From positions 33,932 to 97,931 of the forward strand of contig JALENJ010000035.1 in the NCBI GenBank assembly GCA_022767445.1: 64,000 nt of DNA, written 5' to 3'. Below, piece after piece: positions 40,290 through 49,347 of the stretch. Position 1 is the stretch's first letter. Each line of letters opens with the position of its first letter. Source of the stretch: Erysipelotrichaceae bacterium (GTDB lineage: Bacteria > Bacillota_I > Bacilli_A > Erysipelotrichales > Erysipelotrichaceae). Below the pieces are notes generated by a model. That model was not told where the DNA came from. It did not search any database and worked only from the letters and a program-made list of their open reading frames with translations. A program made the translations under genes and the position numbers.

Positions 40290-41272
40290 TTTACTCGATA
40301 CTTCGAAGTACCTGTCTTGATCACCTCAACACTTGCATTCAAGGCACCCTCTACCATATTGCGTATCGCTTCATCCGTAAAGTAAGCAATATGAGGAGAA
40401 TACATGACATTATCACGTTGTATTAAGTTGTTGAATACAGCATCTTCCACAACTCCTGTATGCTGTACAACAACCTGTTCATTTTCATATGTATCAATAC
40501 CCACACCATAAAGAATACCTTCATCAAGGGCTTGTAAGAGCCCTTTTGTATCGACAATTGAACCCCTTGCCATATTCAAAAAGATAGCACCCCTCTTAAA
40601 TTGTCGAAACATATCAATATCAAATAGATGTGTATTCTCTTTGGAAGCTGGCATATGCAATGTCACGATATCCGCATCTTGGATTGCCTCTTCTAATGTA
40701 TCTGTATAAGTAATGATCCCTTTGATTTCATCATCCTGTTTTGGACTATAGCCAATTACTTGGCAACCAAATCCATAGAATAACTTCGCTACGATCTTAC
40801 CAATTCTACCAACGCCGATGACCGCTACCTTTTTGCGTGCGAGTACACCACCACATATCGATGGGGACCATCGATAATCACCATTCTCTACATTCTTAAT
40901 AATCACTTGGTTTTTACGTACAAGATTTAAAGCTGTTAAAACGGTATATTCCGCAATCGATTCTGGAGAATAACTAGGAACATTGGTGATCAACAAATCA
41001 TTTTTAGATGCCAAATCTAGATTGTATAAGTCATATCCTGCACTAACAAGCGCTATCTGCTTTATACCAAATGCATGTAATGTTGGATAGATTCTTTCAT
41101 CGATTGTGCCAGCTGCTTGTGAGTTAATCAAGCCATCATAGCCTTTGACACAATCGATGTTATACATACTCAATAACTCAGGAATAAACGTTATCTCTAC
41201 TTGATTTTTTTTCGCCCAATTCTTGGCGATATCTATCTGCATTCCATCAGCGTGAAACATAATCAATTTCAT
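40286..41272 (-). CDS. D-isomer-specific 2-hydroxyacid dehydrogenase (D-lactate dehydrogenase-like)
   Basis: 328 aa. NAD-binding VAVIGVGRIGKIVAKL, plus MARG and C-terminal SPHIAYFT motifs. AGGAG RBS. Confidence 0.8.
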   Translation of the reverse strand: MKLIMFHADGMQIDIAKNWAKKNQVEITFIPELLSMYNIDCVKGYDGLINSQAAGTIDERIYPTLHAFGIKQIALVSAGYDLYNLDLASKNDLLITNVPSYSPESIAEYTVLTALNLVRKNQVIIKNVENGDYRWSPSICGGVLARKKVAVIGVGRIGKIVAKLFYGFGCQVIGYSPKQDDEIKGIITYTDTLEEAIQDADIVTLHMPASKENTHLFDIDMFRQFKRGAIFLNMARGSIVDTKGLLQALDEGILYGVGIDTYENEQVVVQHTGVVEDAVFNNLIQRDNVMYSPHIAYFTDEAIRNMVEGALNASVEVIKTGTSKYRVN

Positions 41273-42104
41273 TGTTCTTACTCCTGTTATAAATACTATG
41301 AATCATATAAGCCAATAATATAATCGTCGGTATCAACATCAACACTTCTATACTATCAATCATTGTATAAGTTAAATCAGTATCCAATCCTGATGGTAGT
41401 GTAGATGTAAAGTTATTGAGTATATGCATGCCTATCGTAATCCATAGAGAACCACTATACTCATAAATTACTGCCAAAGCGATACCAAAGATAGCAGTAT
41501 AAACCACCTGTATTGGTTCTCCATGCCAAATACCAAACAACAAACCAGATATGACAATCGCTACGATTGGATGAGTAACCTTCTTGATTAAGTTGTGGAT
41601 GATACCTCTAAATAAGATTTCCTCGACAATAGGTCCAAGCAATACCACCGATAAGAATACCCAAATATATGGATCTTCATTTACAGTAGACCAACTTGTA
41701 TTAAAGCTATCAATACTGTTTGATATCAGTGGAATATCACGTAAACTTGTATAGGCAAAATCCATCCAAATTCCACTGATACGCCCCATACCAAACGTCA
41801 TCATAATCGATAAAGTAGAGACGATACTCATCGGTATCTCATTCCCCTTTACTTCAATTGTAAATTTCTGATGTACAACACGTTGATACATTAATAGTAA
41901 TAATAGAATACTGAATACACAGGAAATGGTATCCAAGAAGAAATATCCATTTGCCTGAATAAATGATGCTGGTAAAATCATTGGTAATACATCAAATACC
42001 ACTTCTTGTACAATCGCATATATAAACAATGCGATACTGATATTCCCAATGACTTTTAAAATATTTGTGACTTTATTAGAAAGATTTGTTTTTGTCATAG
42101 CCAT
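41247..42104 (-). CDS. CPBP-family intramembrane glutamic endopeptidase (CAAX protease-like)
   Basis: Motifs EEILFRG, FGIWH and HILNN in a polytopic protein. The start is uncertain (ATGs at 42122, 42104 and 42098). Confidence 0.75.
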   Translation of the reverse strand: MAMTKTNLSNKVTNILKVIGNISIALFIYAIVQEVVFDVLPMILPASFIQANGYFFLDTISCVFSILLLLLMYQRVVHQKFTIEVKGNEIPMSIVSTLSIMMTFGMGRISGIWMDFAYTSLRDIPLISNSIDSFNTSWSTVNEDPYIWVFLSVVLLGPIVEEILFRGIIHNLIKKVTHPIVAIVISGLLFGIWHGEPIQVVYTAIFGIALAVIYEYSGSLWITIGMHILNNFTSTLPSGLDTDLTYTMIDSIEVLMLIPTIILLAYMIHSIYNRSKNNEIDYVSR

Positions 42105-42160
42105 CCTACTTTCCTTCAACATTATATAGTATAATTGATAACGAAAAGGAGGACAATGAA

Positions 42161-42676
42161 ATGGCTAAAGATGTCAATTACTACTTGGATACCTATCAAA
42201 AAGTTGTAAACCAAGGCGATATGCAAATAGCGTATATCGAGATTATGAACTACTTTACCAAGCTTCATAATACCCTGCCTACGACTTATGTCGTTAGTGA
42301 GATTACTGCAGGTTTTATGGACTATAGCTATTTTACAATTCATGATAACTTCCTCTATGATCGTTATCTCAAGTTTATCATTGCCCTCAACCATCATACA
42401 TTAGGCATTGAACTATGGTTGGTATGTCAAAACGAACAAGCAAAGCATGCATATAACATTTTGATCTCTGATTCAGAATGGCATCGTTATTTATTGCATA
42501 ATCCAACACATGGTATTGTGGAGTTTGTTGTATGCGAACGCATTCAACCACAGGATGTGGATACACAAATGCCAAAGACATTAGAAATGATTGATCAATA
42601 TATCTCACGTATTGAAAGTTTCTTATATGCAGACGAAATTAAACTACCTATCCTACCAAACAACACAGAATCTTAA
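42161..42676 (+). CDS. hypothetical protein
   Basis: 171-aa intact ORF with a strong AGGAGG RBS. I recognise no motif. Confidence 0.5.
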   Translation: MAKDVNYYLDTYQKVVNQGDMQIAYIEIMNYFTKLHNTLPTTYVVSEITAGFMDYSYFTIHDNFLYDRYLKFIIALNHHTLGIELWLVCQNEQAKHAYNILISDSEWHRYLLHNPTHGIVEFVVCERIQPQDVDTQMPKTLEMIDQYISRIESFLYADEIKLPILPNNTES

Positions 42677-42761
42677 TCCATGCATGAATATTTTCTTAAG
42701 TCATGCATGTTTTTTATATCTTCAGATATGATTTTTTGTATAATACAAGTGGAGGTAAGAT

Positions 42762-44222
42762 ATGCCACAGAAGAAAGATAATCATAAAGTATTACTGCGT
42801 ATACTATTTTCATTGTCAATTTTCCTATCGATAGGTATCGCAGCGATTTTATTGTTCAATCGATGGGAAATAGTGATTACCCTACGTGGCAATCAAACCG
42901 AACATGTTGAATATCAAAAAGATTACATTGATGAAGGTGCTATCGCATATAAACAAGGTACAATACTACCATTTATAAAACAACGTGTACCCATTCAAGT
43001 AAGTGGCACTGTTGATACCAAACAACTTGGTAGTTACACCATTGAATACATCGCCACAAAAGATCAACTCAAACAATCTATCAAACGTACAGTCAATGTT
43101 GAAGATACAACACCTCCAGACATCATCTTAACAAGCCATCCTGGTAGCTATACTTTGTTTAACCACCCCTACCAAGAAGAAGGTTATACAGCGATTGACA
43201 ACTATGATTTAAATATCACGGATAAAGTTATCCGTGAAGAAACTGCTGATAAGATTATATATAAAGTTACTGACTCAAATGGTAATCAAACCATCAAAGA
43301 AAGAACAATCATCTTTGATGACCGCAAAGGACCACAAATCAATCTAGTTGGTGGTAGTGAAATTACATGGATACTCGGCAATCCTTTCCAAGATTCCTAT
43401 ACTGCAATCGATGATTTAGATGGTGATATTACCGCAAACACAATCGTTAGCGGAAGTGTCGATACCAATACGATTGGTGATTATACATTAACCTACAGCT
43501 GTAAAGATGCACACCAAAACGAAACAACAATCAATCGTATCGTACATGTGATTGCATTACCTAGCAATCAAATCCAAGCAGAAGATGCGAAAACAATCTA
43601 TTTAACATTTGATGATGGACCAAGTATTCATACACAACGTCTGTTAGATGTATTAGCCAAGTATCAAATACCAGGCACCTTCTTTGTGACGTCATTACAA
43701 CCAGAGTATGCATATATGATAGCCAAAGAAGCACAAGCAGGACATGTCGTCGCCGAGCATTCCTATACACATAACTACGCAACGGTATATGCAAGTACGG
43801 ATGCCTTCTGGCAAGATTTCCACAATATGAATGAAATCATCCATCAACAAACAGGAATATACGCTAACTTATTCCGTTTCCCTGGCGGTTCCTCAAATAC
43901 CGTCAGTCAAAACTATGCAAGTGGTATTATGAGCACACTTGTAAAGGAAGCTTCGCTTTATGGATATACCTATTTCGATTGGAATGTTTCTAGTGGAGAT
44001 GCAGGTGGAGCTACAACTGCAGATGAGGTCTACAACAATGTCATCACACAAGTAGCCAAAGTATCATCCTATGGCAAACCATCCGTCGTACTCCAACACG
44101 ATACAAAGGGATTTTCCATCGATGCAGTAGAACGTATTATCATCTGGGGATTACAAAATGGCTACCACTTCTCATCATTATCACAAGGTAGTTATACTGC
44201 TCATCATGGTGTCGTTAACTGA
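42762..44222 (+). CDS. membrane-anchored polysaccharide deacetylase (NodB domain) with repeated Ig-like/DUF5011-like modules
   Basis: N-terminal TM helix. Three similar about 70-aa modules (..YTAID..DGDIT..). NodB motifs YLTFDDGPS and AEHSYTH. Confidence 0.8.
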   Translation: MPQKKDNHKVLLRILFSLSIFLSIGIAAILLFNRWEIVITLRGNQTEHVEYQKDYIDEGAIAYKQGTILPFIKQRVPIQVSGTVDTKQLGSYTIEYIATKDQLKQSIKRTVNVEDTTPPDIILTSHPGSYTLFNHPYQEEGYTAIDNYDLNITDKVIREETADKIIYKVTDSNGNQTIKERTIIFDDRKGPQINLVGGSEITWILGNPFQDSYTAIDDLDGDITANTIVSGSVDTNTIGDYTLTYSCKDAHQNETTINRIVHVIALPSNQIQAEDAKTIYLTFDDGPSIHTQRLLDVLAKYQIPGTFFVTSLQPEYAYMIAKEAQAGHVVAEHSYTHNYATVYASTDAFWQDFHNMNEIIHQQTGIYANLFRFPGGSSNTVSQNYASGIMSTLVKEASLYGYTYFDWNVSSGDAGGATTADEVYNNVITQVAKVSSYGKPSVVLQHDTKGFSIDAVERIIIWGLQNGYHFSSLSQGSYTAHHGVVN

Positions 44223-44243
44223 GGCTTTCAACAAGCCTCTTTT
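44221..44243 (+). terminator. rho-independent terminator after the deacetylase gene
   Basis: gaggctt (44221-44227) / aagcctc (44233-44239) followed by TTTT. Confidence 0.7.
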
Positions 44244-44246
44244 CTG

Positions 44247-44285
44247 ATGCATGCATATAAAAAAGCTATCGACTAGAACATCTAG
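44247..44285 (-). terminator. rho-independent terminator after the flavodoxin gene
   Basis: aagctatc (44253-44260) / gatagctt (44278-44285), with inner stem ctaga/tctag. An A-run at 44249-44254 gives a T-run on the minus strand. Confidence 0.7.
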
Positions 44286-44307
44286 TGGATAGCTTTATAT
44301 GTGATGA

Positions 44308-44730
44308 TTAAGCTAATGCTTCGCCTAATGCCTTGCATTGAGCAAGAGCACCATCATCTGGTTCATAGTTAGCCATGACACCATCTTGAACAAGTGTAGC
44401 GCCTGTTGCGGATACACGGTCCTGCCATGTACGCATCCATTCACCATCACCCCAACCATAGGAGCCAAATAGACCAACTTTCTTACCAGCTAAGCTGCCT
44501 TCAACATCTGCGAACATTGGTTCAAATGAGCTTTCTTCTAATTGCTCAACACCCATTGCTGGGCTACCAAATGCGATAGCATCATATTCAGCTACGTTAC
44601 CAGCACTGAATGCATCTGCCGTTAATACTGTAACTTCAGCACCCTTACTTCTTGCGCCTTCAGCTACTGCTTCAGCCATCTTCTCTGTGTTACCTGTTGT
44701 ACTTGTGTACACTACTGCTACTTTACTCAT
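44308..44730 (-). CDS. short-chain flavodoxin
   Basis: Start refined to MSKVAVVYTSTTGNTEKMAE (FMN phosphate loop T-x-T-G-x-T), with GAGGAGG upstream. Confidence 0.85.
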   Translation of the reverse strand: MSKVAVVYTSTTGNTEKMAEAVAEGARSKGAEVTVLTADAFSAGNVAEYDAIAFGSPAMGVEQLEESSFEPMFADVEGSLAGKKVGLFGSYGWGDGEWMRTWQDRVSATGATLVQDGVMANYEPDDGALAQCKALGEALA

Positions 44731-44749
44731 GTTATTTTCCTCCTCGAAA

Positions 44750-45298
44750 TTAAACAAATCTAACTAGTTGTTCCAAAGACATGCCTTTTTCAAAGTGTTC
44801 CATATATGCATATGTACATTTAGCATAGGTTTGAAATAAATGCTTTGCCGTCTGTTCATCACCATAGACCTTCCAAACACCCACCAATTTACAAGGTTTA
44901 TCATTCTTCATAAAACCTCTTACATCCTCTGCTGGATAGCCCAAGAAACAACCGATTTCATGTGGGAAAGTTTGTTGTGTTTGAATACGCTCACTGAGCA
45001 TCGCAATACATGCATGTATGTCATCTACAGGATATCCAAATTCTTGTAGGATTTCTATAATCCCTTCCTTGCATAAATCTGCCTTTAACCATAATGGTCG
45101 ATACAGGTATATGAGAGCACGATCCTTTGGATAGCTTAATATTGTCATACAAATATCACAGTGCATAAAGCGTTGATTGAACTCCGCAATCTGCTTCGCT
45201 AATTGCTTACGACATGTATAACTACAATTAAACAAGTTTCCTGTCTTAATACCTGCTAGTGTTGGTGCACAATGTTCTACGATGAGTTCTTCTGGCAT
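44750..45298 (-). CDS. DUF3793-like protein
   Basis: 182 aa. The N-terminus (HCAPTLAGIKTGNLF) matches my memory of DUF3793. Directly followed by the flavodoxin gene. No Shine-Dalgarno site upstream of the ATG. Confidence 0.55.
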   Translation of the reverse strand: MPEELIVEHCAPTLAGIKTGNLFNCSYTCRKQLAKQIAEFNQRFMHCDICMTILSYPKDRALIYLYRPLWLKADLCKEGIIEILQEFGYPVDDIHACIAMLSERIQTQQTFPHEIGCFLGYPAEDVRGFMKNDKPCKLVGVWKVYGDEQTAKHLFQTYAKCTYAYMEHFEKGMSLEQLVRFV

Positions 45299-45303
45299 AG
45301 TAT

Positions 45304-45337
45304 TATAATAGTTAGTTCAGTTTAACTAACTATTATA
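45304..45337. promoter_or_regulatory. perfect 14-bp inverted repeat overlapping a TATAAT box just upstream of the DUF3793 ATG
   Basis: tataatagttagtt (45304-45317), 6-nt spacer, aactaactattata (45324-45337). On the minus strand, TATAAT ends 3 nt before the ATG at 45298. Confidence 0.5.
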
Positions 45338-45385
45338 AATTTAGCACTTTTCATTTTCATCGTCAACGAATATGCTGTAACCCCT

Positions 45386-45419
45386 TTAAAAAATGCAGAG
45401 ATAACTGATCTCTGCATTT
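45386..45419 (-). terminator. rho-independent terminator after the split zinc-ribbon membrane protein gene
   Basis: aaatgcagaga (45391-45401) / tctctgcattt (45409-45419), with an A-run upstream on the plus strand (T-run on the minus strand). Confidence 0.7.
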
Positions 45420-45427
45420 ACATAAAT

Positions 45428-46420
45428 TTAATTAATTTGTGTGGATGAGTAATTTGCATCATTTGTTTGGTTGGAACGTGCTGCGGAGATTACACCATCC
45501 TCTGTAGCGTATCCTGTCACAAAGGAGTATCCAACAACATTGACTGTACTTCCCATATGCATGGAGTTGCCATGGGATATCTGATAGTTACCCTGTGCCT
45601 CCTTACGTAATACAACATCCTTGAAATACGTACATAGATACTTAGTAATTACTTCCCCTGATGATAATTGGTAATCAGCTTTCATAACTACATATACGGA
45701 ATTTGTTTTATCGGCAGACATTACGATGAGTTGTGTTGGTGTAATCTCTGTCGATTTAATCAATGTTGCGCTGAGTACATTCATGGATGGTTTATCTTTG
45801 GCTTCTGCAGCTAGTACTTAAATATTATCCTCACTGAGCTGGTCTACACTTACAAGATATTCTTCTAGTCCACTGACTGTATATACCTTCTTTGTTTCGC
45901 TTAAGCGGTAGTCATCACTGCTTGTACGCACTGTGACTGTTTGTCCATTGGATAAATCTTCATCAGAAGATAGTGTGTAGTTAATCTTGTTGACATTGAC
46001 ATCTTTACCCTCTTCACTGTCATTCAGCATTGTGATTTGGCATTTACCTTTTCCATCAAAGCCACTGCACTCAACATCAATAGAGGCAAATGGATCTACC
46101 TTTGGCAGTGAGATACGACGAATTCCCACTGAAGCTAAAACTACAACAATCGCAATACTTACACCGATCACAATACGATTAATCTTACGTTTTGTTCTTC
46201 TTTCATCGCTTTCCTCTGCAGCTTTGAGTCTTCCTTCCTCACTTGCATAGGTAACTTTTTCTACATGATCCATTTGTTCAGCAACAGATTTACGTTTTGG
46301 TTCGATTCGTTTGTAATCGCAGTATGGACATTCAATCGAATCGTAGTTGTATTCCTTCACTTCTAGATGTGCACCACATTTAGGAAAAATCATATCTGTA
46401 TTCTTTGTTTTATCGTTCAT
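45428..46420 (-). pseudogene. zinc-ribbon, single-pass membrane protein with an extracytoplasmic domain, interrupted by one in-frame TAA at 45818-45820
   Basis: The two track ORFs (45818-46420 and 45428-45784) share a frame. Read-through gives ...VDQLSEDNI*VLAAEAKDKPSMNVLSATL... with no other stop and no RBS before the downstream ATG. The N-terminus has CxxC...CxxC (FPKCGAH, CPYCDY) followed by a TM helix. Confidence 0.65.
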
Positions 46421-46534
46421 TCTACCCAGACCCTCCTAATACGTTTTTATTTCATAATTTTTGACCGCAAGTCAAATATTTTTTGATAAAATCTACATAA
46501 ATATCAAATTTTGATACACTTCTAAACTCATAAT

Positions 46535-46558
46535 TAAAAAACATCGTAGATACGATGT
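46535..46558 (-). terminator. rho-independent terminator after the M20 amidohydrolase gene
   Basis: acatcgta (46541-46548) / tacgatgt (46551-46558), with an A-run at 46536-46540. Confidence 0.55.
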
Positions 46559-46562
46559 CTTG

Positions 46563-47837
46563 TTAGTTAATTGTACTTCCCTTGAGATATGCATCATATA
46601 CCTCTTGGCTCATACTGTGATGTGTCGCTTTGATTTCATCAATAAGCGATGGCTGTTGTAGTAAGTCTACAATACATCCACATACAATCTTAGCTGGTTC
46701 AATAAATGCTTTGTATTCATCTACAATCTCAAAATCCGTTCCGTGTATTACGCCATGGAAACCGTTGTAGCCAAACTGTATCATCGGATAAAAACAGGAT
46801 ACATCACCCACATCACCACCAGCGATACTTCTTTCATCTGCGATGATTTGATCTTCGCTGACAAAGTTTAGGATATTTTGGTGTGCAACTTGGCTTAATA
46901 CTGGATTTGGGGTAAACGGAAGATAGCCTACCATATCATCAAAGACTGCTTGTCCGCCAAGTGCCATTGCACAATGGGAAGCTAGATCTGTAATCTTTTG
47001 GTCAATCTCAATCAGTTTATCTTGGTTGGTTGTACGAATATAACACTCATAGATAACTTCGGATGGAATACTGTTGATGGTATCTCCTCCCTTGGTTATC
47101 ATACCGTGAACACGTACCATATCCTTTTCTTCAATTGTCTCTCTCAACATACCAAGTCCAACATTGAAGAGTGTAAATTCATTGAGGGCATTGATACCTA
47201 GATGTGGTAGTACACCAGCGTGAGATGCCTTTCCTTTGAAGTGTATCTTCTTATACTTAAATCCTGCAAGCGTAGAGCCATAGCCATATGCATATGCAGA
47301 GCCCATCGCATGTAGGTGGATGATACAATCACAATCAGAGAATACACCAGATTTTAACATATTCATCTTTCCACCGATGTAGTCAATCTTACCATCTTTG
47401 ATTAACTGTTTACGATACTCTAAGTCGGTATATTCCTCTCCTGGTGTAAAGTACAATGTGACCTTACCCTTTTGATCAAGAATACCAGATTTCTTTAGTG
47501 CAAGCATTGCGTTTACCATGATGGTGACTTGTGTACTATGTCCGCATGCATGTGCCGCATGATCAACAGGATTTGCACAAGGATGTCCCTCAACAGGTAT
47601 CGCATCTAACTCTGCAATCAATCCAATATGCGGTTTTCCTTTGCCAAGGCTAATCTGGAAACCTGTTTCAAAGTATTCTGCTTCAGCAAATATTCCATGT
47701 TTCGCTAATGTATCAAGGATAATTTTCTTGGTTTCATGCTCCTTGTAGCCAAGTTCTGGATGTAGAAATAGTTGTTTTCCTAACTGTATGATTTCCTCTT
47801 GCTGTCCATCTATGATTTCATTTAGTTTTTCTTTCAT
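46563..47837 (-). CDS. M20-family metal-dependent amidohydrolase / peptidase
   Basis: 424 aa. HACGHS metal-ligand motif. N-terminal LFLHPELGYKEHET is typical of M20D amidohydrolases. Confidence 0.7.
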   Translation of the reverse strand: MKEKLNEIIDGQQEEIIQLGKQLFLHPELGYKEHETKKIILDTLAKHGIFAEAEYFETGFQISLGKGKPHIGLIAELDAIPVEGHPCANPVDHAAHACGHSTQVTIMVNAMLALKKSGILDQKGKVTLYFTPGEEYTDLEYRKQLIKDGKIDYIGGKMNMLKSGVFSDCDCIIHLHAMGSAYAYGYGSTLAGFKYKKIHFKGKASHAGVLPHLGINALNEFTLFNVGLGMLRETIEEKDMVRVHGMITKGGDTINSIPSEVIYECYIRTTNQDKLIEIDQKITDLASHCAMALGGQAVFDDMVGYLPFTPNPVLSQVAHQNILNFVSEDQIIADERSIAGGDVGDVSCFYPMIQFGYNGFHGVIHGTDFEIVDEYKAFIEPAKIVCGCIVDLLQQPSLIDEIKATHHSMSQEVYDAYLKGSTIN

Positions 47838-47849
47838 AACAACCTCTTT

Positions 47850-48011
47850 CTATTTCATCGCAGCCCATTCTTCGATTTCATCGATCCAAGAAAGATCATC
47901 TTTATGTTTATGCTTATCTTTCTTGGAATGTTGTGGTTTATCAGTATCTTTTTTCTTTGGATTTGATTTTTTATCTTCTTTTGTTTGTATTGGAAATAAT
48001 TTCTTGAACAT
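47850..48011 (-). CDS. small Lys-rich hypothetical protein
   Basis: 53 aa if started at MFKKLFP (48009-48011), 7 nt after the ABC ATPase stop. No SD site. Basic low-complexity middle and acidic end DDLSWIDEIEEWAAMK. Coding status is uncertain. Confidence 0.3.
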   Translation of the reverse strand: MFKKLFPIQTKEDKKSNPKKKDTDKPQHSKKDKHKHKDDLSWIDEIEEWAAMK

Positions 48012-48018
48012 ACACTTA

Positions 48019-48591
48019 TTATAATTCAAGTAAGTCATAACTTTCAAAGATGGTATACTCATCCGCATCATGTGTGACCCAGAATACAGTTTTATCTTGG
48101 ATCTTATCTTTGATGTATTCTAGGACTTCTTGTTTGGTTTTCTCATCAAGTCCTTTGAGTGGTTCATCAAAGAAAAGTATATCTGCCTTTGCTAGTAATG
48201 CACGGATGATAGCGACTCTTCGCTTCATACCACCTGAAAGAGTCGACACTTTTTGATACATATCAGTTAAGCTTACCTTGGATAGTTCTTGTTGTATTTG
48301 CGTGGCTGTAAGTTGATCATTGACCAGCTGGATATTCTTTAGGATGCTTAGATTTTCGCATAAGCGATCTTCTTGGAAGACAGCTGCTTTACGTATACTC
48401 TGATCCAGTGTAATACGTCCTGCATCAGGTACTTCTAACGACATCAACAGTCGTAATAATGTTGTCTTACCACCACCGGATTTGCCTTTGATGACGTGTA
48501 CAGCATGACCTTTGAATACATGATTGAAGTTATCAAAGACAACATGATTTCCATATTTTTTTGTTAGATTTTCAACACGAATATCAACCAT
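48019..48591 (-). CDS. ABC transporter ATP-binding protein (short, NitT/TauT-type)
   Basis: Walker A GKSGGGKTT, signature LSGGMKRR, Walker B ILFFDEP. Confidence 0.85.
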   Translation of the reverse strand: MVDIRVENLTKKYGNHVVFDNFNHVFKGHAVHVIKGKSGGGKTTLLRLLMSLEVPDAGRITLDQSIRKAAVFQEDRLCENLSILKNIQLVNDQLTATQIQQELSKVSLTDMYQKVSTLSGGMKRRVAIIRALLAKADILFFDEPLKGLDEKTKQEVLEYIKDKIQDKTVFWVTHDADEYTIFESYDLLEL

Positions 48592-48594
48592 GCA

Positions 48595-49347
48595 TTACTC
48601 CGTTTCTAGATCGTTTACAAGTTTCTTTAACAACCAGTTAAACACTTTTTCTAATACCGTACTCAATAGGATAATCACCAGAGTCCATGCGAATAAGTCA
48701 GGTGTATCAAAATAGACTTTTGCTTGTTGAAGGTGTTCACCAATGGAGAATTTCGGCATACCGATTACTTCCGCTGCGATACCAGATTTCCATGCAAGAC
48801 CTAGCGCTAATGAACAGGCACTTTGGAAATATGGCAAAACTGCAATTACATAGATATAGCGTATTCTTATGTAATTCGATAACTGGAAGACATCCGCCAT
48901 CTCTAAGAGTTTAACATCCGTCATCGCAATCCCCTTACGTATATTTTCATAGAAGATTGGAAACACCATCAAAAATGAAATGACAATGGATAAGTATGTT
49001 GATCTTACCCATATCAATACAAGGATGATAAAAGATGCGACTGGAATAGATTTAATTGTAAATACCAACGGCGATAACAACTGATAGAACCATTTCCACT
49101 TACTTGAAAATATCGCAAATAGAATACCCAATATCATCGCAAGTAAGAACCCAATACTGATGTTACATAATGACCGTAAGATAGATTGATAAAACGTTGT
49201 TGTTTGCATTAATACGAATAGACGTTTTATCACGGTAAAAGGAGATACCAAAAGTATCTCCTGATTTAAAATCATACTGCCTACTTGCCATACAAGTAAC
49301 CAGAATACGATTGCCCATGTTTTTATCTTCGTGTTATTTTGTTCCAT
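48595..49347 (-). CDS. ABC transporter permease (NitT/TauT-type)
   Basis: Start refined to MEQNNTKIKTW, overlapping the binding-protein gene end. Six hydrophobic segments. Confidence 0.75.
   Translation of the reverse strand: MEQNNTKIKTWAIVFWLLVWQVGSMILNQEILLVSPFTVIKRLFVLMQTTTFYQSILRSLCNISIGFLLAMILGILFAIFSSKWKWFYQLLSPLVFTIKSIPVASFIILVLIWVRSTYLSIVISFLMVFPIFYENIRKGIAMTDVKLLEMADVFQLSNYIRIRYIYVIAVLPYFQSACSLALGLAWKSGIAAEVIGMPKFSIGEHLQQAKVYFDTPDLFAWTLVIILLSTVLEKVFNWLLKKLVNDLETE

Noticed and set aside
44308-44730. The flavodoxin gene looks more GC-rich than its surroundings, which might suggest horizontal transfer
   Set aside because: The protein is Ala/Gly-rich, which forces GC-rich codons, and it is probably highly expressed. 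The flanks show no mobility genes or repeats. I did not compute GC content, so no claim is made.
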